A model generated the notes under the pieces. The model was not told where the DNA came from, ran no database searches, and saw only the letters and a list, made by a program, of their open reading frames with translations. DNA of 64,000 nucleotides from a virus. The DNA lies in the IMG/VR virus record IMGVR_UViG_3300046028_008994; one strand, given 5' to 3'. Positions 1 to 9,990 of this stretch are shown here, piece after piece (position 1 is the stretch's first letter; every line of letters begins with the position of its first letter). Both the position numbers and the translations under genes were made by a program.

Positions 1-149
1 TACCATTTAATATAACATGGCAATTAACTGGAGATGAACAACAAGTAGCTAGAGTAAATAAAAATATGGTAGAATTAGCTATAAAAAACCTAAAACTACC
101 TAAATTCAATCTTTACATAAAAGAAGATTACACTAAGTATTATCAATAA
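1..149 (+). CDS. 3' end of a hypothetical protein (partial)
   Basis: Open frame PFNITWQLTG...YTKYYQ ending TAA at 147-149. Confidence 0.6.
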   Translation, partial: PFNITWQLTGDEQQVARVNKNMVELAIKNLKLPKFNLYIKEDYTKYYQ

Positions 150-173
150 TCTTATAATATTTATAACCATATT

Positions 174-2492
174 ATGATTAGATTTACAACAATATTAAAA
201 GAATATAGTGATGCAATAATAAAAAAAGTTACGGACCGTTGGATAGGTGAAGATTCTAATGTTACTCCTGATTTAGCATTAAAGTTAATTAATACTTTTG
301 ACCAAAAAAAGGACTCACTATCTAGTAGATTACCAATACTTGTATTACCTGATGAATTAAAGCAAAGTAAGAAATACTTAGATATTACTCAATATTCATA
401 TGCTGATATAGTTAGATTACTTAAATCTATACCAGAAAACCCAGAGCAAATTAAAAAAGCAGCAGTAGCAAAGTTTGTATCAAAAGAAAACATTGATAAA
501 GAAACAGCTCAAAGTTATACTGCTCGTTTTATGAATAAAAGAGGAAAATTAAAACAAGGTATAACTAATGGTATTGAAGATAATGAGGGAAATAAATTAT
601 TTTCAAAAGAAGAAGTTATTAATTTTATCCCTAAACGTTTATTAGATAATAATTTATATTTTGATCCTAACAATTGGAGGTGGGATGATTTTGAACAGAT
701 TATGGATGCCTTATTCCCATCAGAAAGACAATCAACAGGAGAAGAAAACACAGCAACAACAGATGCTGATAAAATATATGATAAAGATGGAATTGAAATA
801 TACAAGGGTGATGATAAACATAAATGTATATCTTACAATCCTTCAGATCCTAAAACTAAATTAAAAAAATATTCTCATTGTGTAGCGCAACCAATAGGGA
901 GCAACATGTACGATAATTATAGATTCAAAGATATAACACCTACTTTTTATTTTTTATTTGATCGTAATAAACCATCAACAGGAATTAAACCTAGGTTTGA
1001 TGATAAATGGCATGTTTTGGTAATTCAAGTACTAATTAATGAACAAGGATATATTGTAACAAATGCTAATAATGATGGAGATAAATTTGCTAAAACATGG
1101 GAAGATATATCTAATATAGTCCCAGCAGATACATGGGATAAAATTAAAGGATTAAAAGACTATTTTAAACCAATAAAATTATCCCCAGAAGAAAGAGGAA
1201 GAAAACTAAATACTGGTAAGAATTTAAATGTAGATGAATTTAAAGAATTATCCCAAGATGAAAAAGAATTATATGTACAAGGTAAAGGATCTGAAGACAA
1301 ACTTACAGATGATATCTTAAATATATTACCAAATTATAAAATCAATTATGGTGGTATAACAAAAACATTAGCAAATCTAGCTATTGATAGTGGACAAAAA
1401 TACAAATATTCACAACTAAAAGATAATGAAGCCTTAGCAAAACGATATGCTATCTTCAGATTTAGACATACTAATTATGGTAATACTCCAATTCCACTTC
1501 CTTTTATTAAATATTTAGATGAACCAGCAAAAGAAAAATATTTAGAAACATTTGATGCATATTTAACATATGAATATATTGAAAAATATTTTGGACCAAA
1601 AGTAACAGAAAAATATGTAAATAATCAATTAGAAAAATTAGAGTATTTACCACCATCAGCAATCAAATACGTAAACGATCCTAAAAAACGCCAATTATTA
1701 GAAGCATATTCTAAATTATTTTCAAAGTGGGAATTAGATAGTGACACAAATATAAGTGATGAACAACTAGAAAATTTAAAAACTGCACCTGAACAAAAAA
1801 TAACTCCAAAACCCATAACTGAAAAAGAATGGAAAGGAATGCCGGATAATGATAGATCAAATATTATAAAAGTAGCAAAACAAATTAATGGTAAAGAACA
1901 ATACTTAACCTTATTATACGCTTTACCTTATGTTATACAAGATAAAACAAATTCATATGTCTTGTTACCTAAAACATCAGATACAAATGGAAATTGGGTA
2001 TTAGCAGATATTAAAGGTAATGTAGTTAAAGATAATATTAGTGGTAATGATAGCGTATTAGATGGTGAACCACTTGATTTTAATAATGGTTATATGAATA
2101 TGGACTCATTTAAACGTATATATAATATAAGTGATTTAAAAATAAAATCATCAAATAATGTAAGCGAAGAATTTCGCCGTTTACAACAATTAGCAGGTAT
2201 TATTACAGAGATGCCTGTAATAAGTAATCCTGTTAGTAAAAAAATCTATGGTATTGAAAAAAATTATTCACCATATGATTTTGGTCCTTTCACTGAGGAC
2301 GAAGCTAAAGCTAAGGCTATAGAATATGCTAATGAAGATCCTGGAAACACATATCAACCTAGATTATATAATGCTATGCGTGATGAATTACCTGCTATAG
2401 AAAGAATGGATATGCCTCGTATAGATAAAAATGGCAATTTAGAAGATGTTAATAATACACCTTTTTCACAAGGTGATTTAGATGATTACTAA
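174..2492 (+). CDS. Large hypothetical protein, candidate internal virion protein with leader MIRFTTILKE
   Basis: 772 aa ORF; ATATTTATA upstream; leader shared with 45088 and 55228; internal RLQQLAGIITEMP motif. Confidence 0.5.
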   Translation: MIRFTTILKEYSDAIIKKVTDRWIGEDSNVTPDLALKLINTFDQKKDSLSSRLPILVLPDELKQSKKYLDITQYSYADIVRLLKSIPENPEQIKKAAVAKFVSKENIDKETAQSYTARFMNKRGKLKQGITNGIEDNEGNKLFSKEEVINFIPKRLLDNNLYFDPNNWRWDDFEQIMDALFPSERQSTGEENTATTDADKIYDKDGIEIYKGDDKHKCISYNPSDPKTKLKKYSHCVAQPIGSNMYDNYRFKDITPTFYFLFDRNKPSTGIKPRFDDKWHVLVIQVLINEQGYIVTNANNDGDKFAKTWEDISNIVPADTWDKIKGLKDYFKPIKLSPEERGRKLNTGKNLNVDEFKELSQDEKELYVQGKGSEDKLTDDILNILPNYKINYGGITKTLANLAIDSGQKYKYSQLKDNEALAKRYAIFRFRHTNYGNTPIPLPFIKYLDEPAKEKYLETFDAYLTYEYIEKYFGPKVTEKYVNNQLEKLEYLPPSAIKYVNDPKKRQLLEAYSKLFSKWELDSDTNISDEQLENLKTAPEQKITPKPITEKEWKGMPDNDRSNIIKVAKQINGKEQYLTLLYALPYVIQDKTNSYVLLPKTSDTNGNWVLADIKGNVVKDNISGNDSVLDGEPLDFNNGYMNMDSFKRIYNISDLKIKSSNNVSEEFRRLQQLAGIITEMPVISNPVSKKIYGIEKNYSPYDFGPFTEDEAKAKAIEYANEDPGNTYQPRLYNAMRDELPAIERMDMPRIDKNGNLEDVNNTPFSQGDLDDY

Positions 2493-2514
2493 AATTTATA
2501 AAATTTAATATATT

Positions 2515-2548
2515 AAGGCTTGGGAAACCAAGCCTTTTTTTGTATGTT
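2515..2548 (+). promoter_or_regulatory. Terminator-like hairpin overlapping TTGG-N19-TATGTT promoter
   Basis: AAGGCTTGG-GAAA-CCAAGCCTT, T-run, TATGTT at 2543. Confidence 0.75.
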
Positions 2549-2562
2549 TATATCAAAAGGTT

Positions 2563-3843
2563 ATGTTTTGGTTATTAGAAAATGAAGAGCAATTAGGATA
2601 TTTTATTCAAAATCCTATAAAAGAAGCATTTGTTGAAATAATTCCTTTTAACGATAATATCCACCCTGCCATTAACGACATATCTTTAGTATATATAAAA
2701 CCGTTTAATAACACTAAAGCTTATATGTTATGCGTTGACCATAGTGAAACATTTAGCATTAATAAGACAACTATATACGCGTTTATACACAAAATAGATA
2801 AAGTATGGGTACGTGATAAAAAGTCGGCACTATACTATTTTCCATTTAAAAACATATGCTGCCTGTCCCCACTTAATCCTACGTATATACAAAGCGACAC
2901 ACAAGCACACATACATTTTCAAAATACGGATTACCCAAAACTTAATAGAATAATACCTGTTTCTAAGCATTATGAAAAATGTGAACATATTTATGAGCAA
3001 GTAAAAAAAGTTTTATCTCAACCGTTACCCGAATATTATTCATTTTATAACGAAAAAGTAATACTAGCGTTTTTTGGAATTGAGAGAAACGGAATACAAA
3101 TAAACAAAGACAAATTCAATGAAAGTTATCACCCGACTAAAGATTTTTATTCTATATACGACAATAGAATTTACACGCAATACAACTTATCTACCACTAC
3201 TCGTAGACCAAGTAATTCCTTTAATGGTATTAATTTTGCCGCATTAAATAAAGATAGCGGAGTAAGATCCTCATTCATTCCAAACAATAAGTTTGTGGAA
3301 ATTGATATTTCTGCTTACCACCCACATCTAGCGGCTAGGTTAATTGGTTATGATTTTCAAGGTTTAGACGTACATAGTGCATTTGCTGAAATGTACGGGG
3401 TAAGTTATGAGGAATCCAAGCAAATTACGTTTAGACAACTATATGGCGGTATTTACAAACAATACGAGCATTTAGAGTATTTTCAAATGGTGAAAGCGTT
3501 TATTAACAAAGCGTGGAACGAATTTGAAACAAATGGTAAATATAAAGTACCGATTTCAGGTTATATATTTGAAACGGAGAGGTTAGAAAACATGAATCCG
3601 CAGAAATTGTTTAACTATATTTTACAGAATGTAGAATCAGCGGTTAACACTTATATTCTAATGGATATTCATAAATTGTTAAGAGGTAAACAAACTAAAA
3701 TAGTACTATATACTTATGATTCGTTTTTATTTGATATAGGAGATGAGGGGATTGAAGATGAATTGAGAGAAATATTTAAAAAATATAAATTACAAATAAA
3801 AACCAAATATGGGACAGATTATGACTTTGAGCAGACCAGATGA
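2563..3843 (+). CDS. Short family A DNA polymerase-like protein
   Basis: TTRRPSN, motif A IDISAYHP, motif B KQITFRQLYG, motif C YTYDSF; only 426 aa. Confidence 0.7.
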   Translation: MFWLLENEEQLGYFIQNPIKEAFVEIIPFNDNIHPAINDISLVYIKPFNNTKAYMLCVDHSETFSINKTTIYAFIHKIDKVWVRDKKSALYYFPFKNICCLSPLNPTYIQSDTQAHIHFQNTDYPKLNRIIPVSKHYEKCEHIYEQVKKVLSQPLPEYYSFYNEKVILAFFGIERNGIQINKDKFNESYHPTKDFYSIYDNRIYTQYNLSTTTRRPSNSFNGINFAALNKDSGVRSSFIPNNKFVEIDISAYHPHLAARLIGYDFQGLDVHSAFAEMYGVSYEESKQITFRQLYGGIYKQYEHLEYFQMVKAFINKAWNEFETNGKYKVPISGYIFETERLENMNPQKLFNYILQNVESAVNTYILMDIHKLLRGKQTKIVLYTYDSFLFDIGDEGIEDELREIFKKYKLQIKTKYGTDYDFEQTR

Positions 3844-4285
3844 TATGTATAACGTAGATAGTCGATATGACTTTGATACTTATATAGATTCCAACATGTT
3901 AAATAATAAATTGTTTGCGACCTTTACTGGACCTAATGAATTAGATAAACTAATTGTTAGTTTGTCTTCGACGTATACAATTATGTATAATAAAATGTTT
4001 GTACTTTATGTTAAAAGTACTGACGAATATGTTGTAACATATAATATTGAGCAAACTAATACTGATGGTATTCCTCAAAATACTATTTTAGTTCATCGTA
4101 AAAAAGAATCCAATACTTTATATACAATAAATGCTTTAAATGATTTAATTAAAAAATTAAATGGTGGGGTTGTTGATCCTAGTTTTAGAGTAAATTGGCA
4201 GCATTATAAAAATTGTATTTTATTAACAAATCATAACGAGTTAAAACAACTTAATACAAAAGTTTATAAGATTATTGATCTTTAA
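3809..4285 (+). CDS. Hypothetical protein (start uncertain)
   Basis: ORF with VHRKKESNTLYTINALN between polA-like gene and SSB region. Confidence 0.6.
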   Translation: MGQIMTLSRPDDMYNVDSRYDFDTYIDSNMLNNKLFATFTGPNELDKLIVSLSSTYTIMYNKMFVLYVKSTDEYVVTYNIEQTNTDGIPQNTILVHRKKESNTLYTINALNDLIKKLNGGVVDPSFRVNWQHYKNCILLTNHNELKQLNTKVYKIIDL

Positions 4286-4300
4286 CATATGTATAATCAC

Positions 4301-4750
4301 ATGAAGCCAGCAGATAACTTTGACCTAAGACAATTTATTACCGAAGGTCGTTTATTAAAAGAAAACATAAACGAAGGTGATTTAAAAATGTATTATGATA
4401 TTCTTATGGATATTGGAGGTGAAGATTTAGCAGGTGAATATGAAGATTTAGCTAAAAAAGCTAAACAATACAAATCATTTGCTGAATTTGTAAAAAATGA
4501 TCTTGAAGTATTAAACCAAGATGATTCAGAACAAGTGGATGATATAAAAACAGATTTTGTATCAGCTAAAATTAGAAAAATGTCACCAGAAGAATTTACT
4601 ATGTTTGTTAAAAATATAGGAGATTATGATTTATGGAATAATGCTCCTAATGAAATTGATCCTTTTAATAATGTTGGTCAAAGAATGGATGTATTGTCTA
4701 ATGAAGATATTGAAAGTATCAATAAATATTTTGATGCTTTAGTAAAATAA
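4301..4750 (+). CDS. Acidic hypothetical protein with leader MKPADNFDLRQFITE
   Basis: ATATGTATA at 4287, ATG 4301; leader similar to 21279 and 24314. Confidence 0.6.
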   Translation: MKPADNFDLRQFITEGRLLKENINEGDLKMYYDILMDIGGEDLAGEYEDLAKKAKQYKSFAEFVKNDLEVLNQDDSEQVDDIKTDFVSAKIRKMSPEEFTMFVKNIGDYDLWNNAPNEIDPFNNVGQRMDVLSNEDIESINKYFDALVK

Positions 4751-4783
4751 AAGGTTATTAATTCCTTATAAAAATTACACTAT

Positions 4784-4815
4784 AGTTTGGTGTCTCAAAC
4801 TTAAGTTCTTATATT
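4784..4815 (+). promoter_or_regulatory. TTGG-N19-TATATT promoter in a short hairpin
   Basis: AGTTTG-N6-CAAACT; TATATT at 4810. Confidence 0.65.
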
Positions 4816-4840
4816 TCCCACATTAAACAAATATAGATTT

Positions 4841-5692
4841 ATGAATATAGATGCAATTAAACAACGACTGAATGCTTTACAGTCTAATCAGAACACAAGC
4901 AAGAAAGAAAAAATCGATTACACAAAAGTTTACTGGAAACCAAAACAAGAAGGAAAGTACCAAATTCGTATTGTTCCTTCAAAGAACAGCCCAACAAACC
5001 CTTTTCAAGAGGTTTTTGTTCACTATGGAATCTCTAAATTTCCGATTTACGCTCTAACCAACTGGGGTGAAAAAGACCCAATCGTAGAATTCGCAACAAA
5101 ATTGCGCACTACAAATGACAAAGAAAATTGGGTATTAGCTAAAAAACTAGACCCTAAAATGAGAATTTTCGCACCAGTAGTTGTGCGTGGTGAAGAAGAA
5201 CAAGGCGTTAGACTTTGGGAATTCGGAAAAGAAATCTACATGCAGTTATTAGGAATTGCTGAAGATGAAGATTATGGTGATTACACAGACATCAACGAAG
5301 GCAGAGACTTTACAGTCGATGTAGTTAAAGGTGATGTAGGTGGACGTCAAGGTCTAAAATCATCAATTAGAATTAAACCTAAAACATCTCCTGTAAGTAA
5401 AGATGCAGCTCAAATTCAAACATTTTTAACTGAACAACCTTCTATTTTAGAGATTCAACGTAAAATGGATTATGAGACTTTGAAAAACACCTTACAAACA
5501 TGGTTAACACCAGAAGAAAATGAAGAAGAAATTATCGCTGAAGAAGAAGTAGAAGAAGTAGAAACTGCACCAGTAGCACCAGCTAAAAATTATGCTACAA
5601 AACAACCAGTAGCTTCTAAAGCAACATCAAAAGCAGAAAAATTTGATTCATTATTCGATGATGAAGATAGTTCAGACGATCTTCCATTCTAA
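4841..5692 (+). CDS. Single-stranded DNA-binding protein (gp32-like)
   Basis: YWKP..G...IRIVP, LWEFGK, GRDF motifs; acidic tail DDLPF; next to recombinase. Confidence 0.8.
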   Translation: MNIDAIKQRLNALQSNQNTSKKEKIDYTKVYWKPKQEGKYQIRIVPSKNSPTNPFQEVFVHYGISKFPIYALTNWGEKDPIVEFATKLRTTNDKENWVLAKKLDPKMRIFAPVVVRGEEEQGVRLWEFGKEIYMQLLGIAEDEDYGDYTDINEGRDFTVDVVKGDVGGRQGLKSSIRIKPKTSPVSKDAAQIQTFLTEQPSILEIQRKMDYETLKNTLQTWLTPEENEEEIIAEEEVEEVETAPVAPAKNYATKQPVASKATSKAEKFDSLFDDEDSSDDLPF

Positions 5693-5709
5693 TTAAAATT
5701 AAAAAAGTT

Positions 5710-6807
5710 ATGGCAAAAGTAAAAAGAAGCGAATCGCTAACGGCCGCCGTCTCCCAAGAGATTAAAGCCAATTTCAATCTTGATTCATTCAAGGAGAAAA
5801 AAATGCTTAACGGCAACGTTAAGTTTAAAGAACAACGATGGGTTCCTTTTTCCACTGCCTTACAAGAAGCTTTATCAATTCCCGGTATTCCCTTAGGCCA
5901 TATTTCAATGGTTAGAGGTAAAAGTAATACTGGTAAATCAACAACAGCAATCGAAGTAGCGGTAAACGCCCAGAAAATGGGCGTTTTACCGGTGCTTATT
6001 ATTACTGAGATGAAGCATGATTGGAAGCATTGGAAAACAATGGGATTCGAGATGGAAGACGTTGTTGACGAATCAACCGGAGAGATTGTAGATCACAACG
6101 GTTTCTTTATTTATCGTGATAGAAGTACATTGAATTCAATTGAAGATATTGCTGCTTTTATTATTGATCTAATCAACGAACAAAAGAAAGGTAATTTACC
6201 TTACGATTTATTATTTATTTGGGATTCAGTAGGATCAATTCCTTGCCAAATGAGTTTAGATCAAGGTAAAAACAATCCAATGTGGAACGCAGGTGCAATA
6301 GCAACACAATTTGGTAATTTTATTAACCAACAAATTGTAATGTCTAGAAAAGAAACCTACCAATACACAAATTCATTGTTCATTGTAAACAAAACAGGTG
6401 TTGCACCAGCAGAAGGTCCTATGGCTCGTCCAAAAATGACTAACAAAGGTGGTGACACGTTCTATTATGATGCTTCATTAGTATTAACATTTGGTAATAT
6501 CACAAACGCTGGTACATCTAAATTAAATGCTACTAAAGATAAGAAAAAAGTTGAATTTGCTTTACGTACTAAAATTGCTTGTGATAAAAACCACATTAAT
6601 GGTATTACAACAACAGGTACTATTGTAAGTACAGTTCATGGTTTTATCAAAGATGATACTAATATTATTAATAAGTATAAAAAAGAACACGCTAATGAGT
6701 GGATTAGTATACTTGGTGAAGGCGAATATGGGATTACTGAAGATAATAGTGAATGGGAAGAAAAAGCCGATATCACTGAATTATTAGAAAACCTAGAAGC
6801 CGAATAA
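5710..6807 (+). CDS. uvsX: RecA/UvsX-like recombinase
   Basis: Walker A GKSNTGKS, Walker B FIWDSVG, KGG..FYYDAS. Confidence 0.85.
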   Translation: MAKVKRSESLTAAVSQEIKANFNLDSFKEKKMLNGNVKFKEQRWVPFSTALQEALSIPGIPLGHISMVRGKSNTGKSTTAIEVAVNAQKMGVLPVLIITEMKHDWKHWKTMGFEMEDVVDESTGEIVDHNGFFIYRDRSTLNSIEDIAAFIIDLINEQKKGNLPYDLLFIWDSVGSIPCQMSLDQGKNNPMWNAGAIATQFGNFINQQIVMSRKETYQYTNSLFIVNKTGVAPAEGPMARPKMTNKGGDTFYYDASLVLTFGNITNAGTSKLNATKDKKKVEFALRTKIACDKNHINGITTTGTIVSTVHGFIKDDTNIINKYKKEHANEWISILGEGEYGITEDNSEWEEKADITELLENLEAE

Positions 6808-6808
6808 T

Positions 6809-7855
6809 ATGAATAAGAACGAGTTATTAAAATTACTAAACGACACTCCTGAACCTGAACAATCAGTAGAAACTAATCCTTATGAAAGAGTATTATTAAT
6901 AGATGGTTTAAATCTATTTTTTAGAAATTTTGCAATGATGAATTTTACTAACCAAGCAGGTGTTCATGTTGGTGGTTTGGGTGGTTTTATTCGTTCATTG
7001 AATTCCTTAATTGGTACAATTAAACCAACGTCTGTGTACGTTGTATTTGATGGGGTAGGTTCTTCCGTAAATCGGAAGAACTTATTACCTGAATACAAAT
7101 CAGGACGTAATTTAGTTAGAATTACAAATTGGGATTCATTTGAATCGCTAGAAGAAGAACACGATGCTAAAATAGACCAAATAGTAAGATTAATACATTA
7201 TTTAAAATGTTTACCTGTTAAAACTATAAGTCTAGATAAGGTAGAAGCCGATGATGTTATCGCCTATTTAAGCAATATAATGTCTAATAAGTATAATTCT
7301 CAGGTTTTCATAGTATCTAATGATAAAGATTTTATTCAACTTATAACGGATAAAATTACAGTATATAGACCTACAGAAAAAGATTTTTATACTAAAAATT
7401 TAGTTAAACAGAGCTTTGGAGTCTTAACAGAAAATTTTATATTATATAAAACATTGTTAGGAGATAAATCAGATAAAGTAGAAGGTATAAAAGGATTAGG
7501 TGAAAAAGGACTATTAAAAAAGTTTCCTGAATTAGCAGAACGTCCTTGTACATTACAAGACATCTATGATATTTCATGTGCTAAGTTTAAAGAACATATT
7601 GTTTATGCGAGGGTTGTTGATGAAATTGACAAATTAGAAAATAATTATGTAATTATGGACTTACACAATCCACTAATGGATGATATAGAAAAAGATTATA
7701 TTAACGAGGTTGTGATTGAACCGTTGTCACCACTAAAAGTTAACGATTTTATGCGTCTTTATAATGAAGATGGATTAAGTCATATGATTAAAAACACAGA
7801 ATATGTACTTAACACTACATATCAAACACTAAACGGTTTCGCTAAAAAGATATGA
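6809..7855 (+). CDS. 5'-3' exonuclease / flap endonuclease (T4 RNase H, PolI N-terminal type)
   Basis: LLIDGLN, EADD, SNDKDF, GDKSD..GIKGLG. Confidence 0.9.
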   Translation: MNKNELLKLLNDTPEPEQSVETNPYERVLLIDGLNLFFRNFAMMNFTNQAGVHVGGLGGFIRSLNSLIGTIKPTSVYVVFDGVGSSVNRKNLLPEYKSGRNLVRITNWDSFESLEEEHDAKIDQIVRLIHYLKCLPVKTISLDKVEADDVIAYLSNIMSNKYNSQVFIVSNDKDFIQLITDKITVYRPTEKDFYTKNLVKQSFGVLTENFILYKTLLGDKSDKVEGIKGLGEKGLLKKFPELAERPCTLQDIYDISCAKFKEHIVYARVVDEIDKLENNYVIMDLHNPLMDDIEKDYINEVVIEPLSPLKVNDFMRLYNEDGLSHMIKNTEYVLNTTYQTLNGFAKKI

Positions 7856-7892
7856 CCCTTAATTCATTCCATAATATTTATTATAAAATAAT

Positions 7893-8543
7893 ATGGTAAT
7901 ATATTTAACTAAAAATTTAATTAATGGAAAACAATATATAGGTAAAGATATTAATAATAATCCTAACTATTTAGGGAGTGGTACTTATATAAAAAAAGCT
8001 ATTATAAAATATGGTAAAAATAACTTCGAAAAAATCATATTGGAAAAGTGTAATTCAAAAGAAGAGTTATGGAAAAGAGAAGAATGGTGGTTAAATTTTT
8101 ATCAAGCAGAAACTAACCCATTATTTTACAATAAAACAAATAAAGCATTTGGAAACTCAGGACAAACAGAACATGGAAAATTAAAAATAGCTGAATATCA
8201 AAAAGGTAAAGTTCGTTCTGAAGAAACAAAAAAACGTATGTCTGAAAATAGAAAAGGACATAAAATGTATAATGATGAATGGAAAGAAAAAATTAGTCAA
8301 TCTTTAATTGGTAAAACACGAACTAAAGAATGGAAAGACAAACAAAGTGAAATTTTAAAAGGAAATAAAAACAGAAGAAAAAAAGTTATGCAATACGACA
8401 AACAGAAAAATTTTATTAAAGAGTGGGATTCTGTTTTAGAAGCAGCTATCTTTTTAAATAAAAAAACAGGAGCAGCTATTACAGAAGTATGTAGCGGAAA
8501 AAGAAAATCTATATATGGTTATATTTGGGAATATAAAAAATAG
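7893..8543 (+). mobile_element. Free-standing GIY-YIG homing endonuclease with NUMOD3/NUMOD1 tail
   Basis: VIYLTKNLINGKQYIG, YLGSG, SEETKKRMSE, C-terminal YIWEYK. Confidence 0.85.
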
Positions 8544-8553
8544 ATTGTATATT
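8525..8553 (+). promoter_or_regulatory. TTGG-N19-TATATT promoter for the helicase; TTGG lies in the endonuclease Trp codon
   Basis: TTG 8525, TATATT 8548. Confidence 0.65.
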
Positions 8554-8582
8554 AAAGTATTAACAATTAAATTATAAAAGTT

Positions 8583-9965
8583 TTGACATTAGGATCACTA
8601 GACAAATATGGGATGGGTTTTCAAACCAAAGTACTATCATCCTTACTTACACATAAAGCATTTTTACTAAATATACAAGATGTATTAAGTGATGAATATT
8701 TTACAAATCAAGCACATAAATGGATTATTAAAGAAATATTAAAATATTTCAATAAATATCACACATGTCCTACTATGGATGTTTTAAAAGTAGAGCTTAA
8801 GAAAATCGATAATGAAGTTTTACAACTATCAATTAAAGAACAATTAAGAGAAGCTTACAAAGCATCAGATGATGATTTAAAATATGTTGAAGAAGAATTT
8901 TCAAATTTCTGTAAAAATCAACAATTAAAAAAAGCATTATTAACAAGTGTAGATTTTCTAAATGCAGGTGACTATGATTCAATTAGATCATTAATTGACA
9001 ACGCTTTAAAATCAGGTCAAGACAAAAATGTAGGCCATGAATACAATAAAGATGTTGAATCACGTTATAGAGAAGATCATAGAACAATAGTACCTACACC
9101 ATGGCCCGAAATTAATGATTTATTACAGGGTGGATTAGGTAATGGTGATTTTGGATTATTATTTGGTAATCCAGGTGGTGGTAAATCATGGTCATTAATA
9201 GCTCTTGGTGGTTATGCTGCTAGTTTAGGATATAACGTGTTACATTATACACTAGAATTAGGTTCTGATTATGTAGGTCGTAGATATGATGCATTCTTTA
9301 CAAAAATTTCAGTACAAGATATTACTAAACATAAAATTAAAGTAGAAGAAGCAATATCAAATTTAACAGGTCAAATAATAATAGCAGAATATTCACCAGG
9401 TAAAGCATCAGTCTCTACAATAGAAGCGCATATTAAAAAATGCATGGATCAAGATTTCAAACCAGATCTTATTATTATAGATTATGTTGATCTATTGAGA
9501 TCTAAAAAGAATAATCGTGAACGAAAAGATGAAATTGATGATATTTATGTAAGCACTAAAGGACTTGCTAGAGAATTAAACTTACCAATTTGGAGTGTAT
9601 CTCAAGTAAATAGAGCGGGAGCAAAAGATAATATTATTGAAGGAGATAAAGCAGCAGGATCATATGATAAAATGATGATTGTTGACGTAGCTATATCTTT
9701 ATCAAGAAAAAAAGAAGACAAAGTAAATGGAACAGGAAGATTTCACATTATGAAAAATAGATATGGAATAGACGGATTATCGTACTATTTAAAAGCTAAT
9801 ACATCTACTGGCCACTTTGAAATTTTATCTCAAATGGATGAAGATGATGAAAATAATCAAAATACTCCACCCCCTCAACAAAATAAACAATTCGGGAATA
9901 GTATTAGCCCTGTAGACAAGTCAATTATTCAACAAAGGTTTTTCGAATTATCAAACACAAATTAA
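8583..9965 (+). CDS. Replicative DnaB/gp41-like helicase (TTG start)
   Basis: GNPGGGKS, TLEL, IIIDYVDLL, SQVNR, KNRYG. Confidence 0.9.
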   Translation: MTLGSLDKYGMGFQTKVLSSLLTHKAFLLNIQDVLSDEYFTNQAHKWIIKEILKYFNKYHTCPTMDVLKVELKKIDNEVLQLSIKEQLREAYKASDDDLKYVEEEFSNFCKNQQLKKALLTSVDFLNAGDYDSIRSLIDNALKSGQDKNVGHEYNKDVESRYREDHRTIVPTPWPEINDLLQGGLGNGDFGLLFGNPGGGKSWSLIALGGYAASLGYNVLHYTLELGSDYVGRRYDAFFTKISVQDITKHKIKVEEAISNLTGQIIIAEYSPGKASVSTIEAHIKKCMDQDFKPDLIIIDYVDLLRSKKNNRERKDEIDDIYVSTKGLARELNLPIWSVSQVNRAGAKDNIIEGDKAAGSYDKMMIVDVAISLSRKKEDKVNGTGRFHIMKNRYGIDGLSYYLKANTSTGHFEILSQMDEDDENNQNTPPPQQNKQFGNSISPVDKSIIQQRFFELSNTN

Positions 9966-9990
9966 AAAAAAAAATTATTAAAAAAAGAAA

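Noticed and set aside
9964-9990. Poly-A tracts before nrdJ as a phase-variation site
   Set aside because: Intergenic A-rich leaders are the normal initiation context in Bacteroidota-type genes and occur before many genes here.
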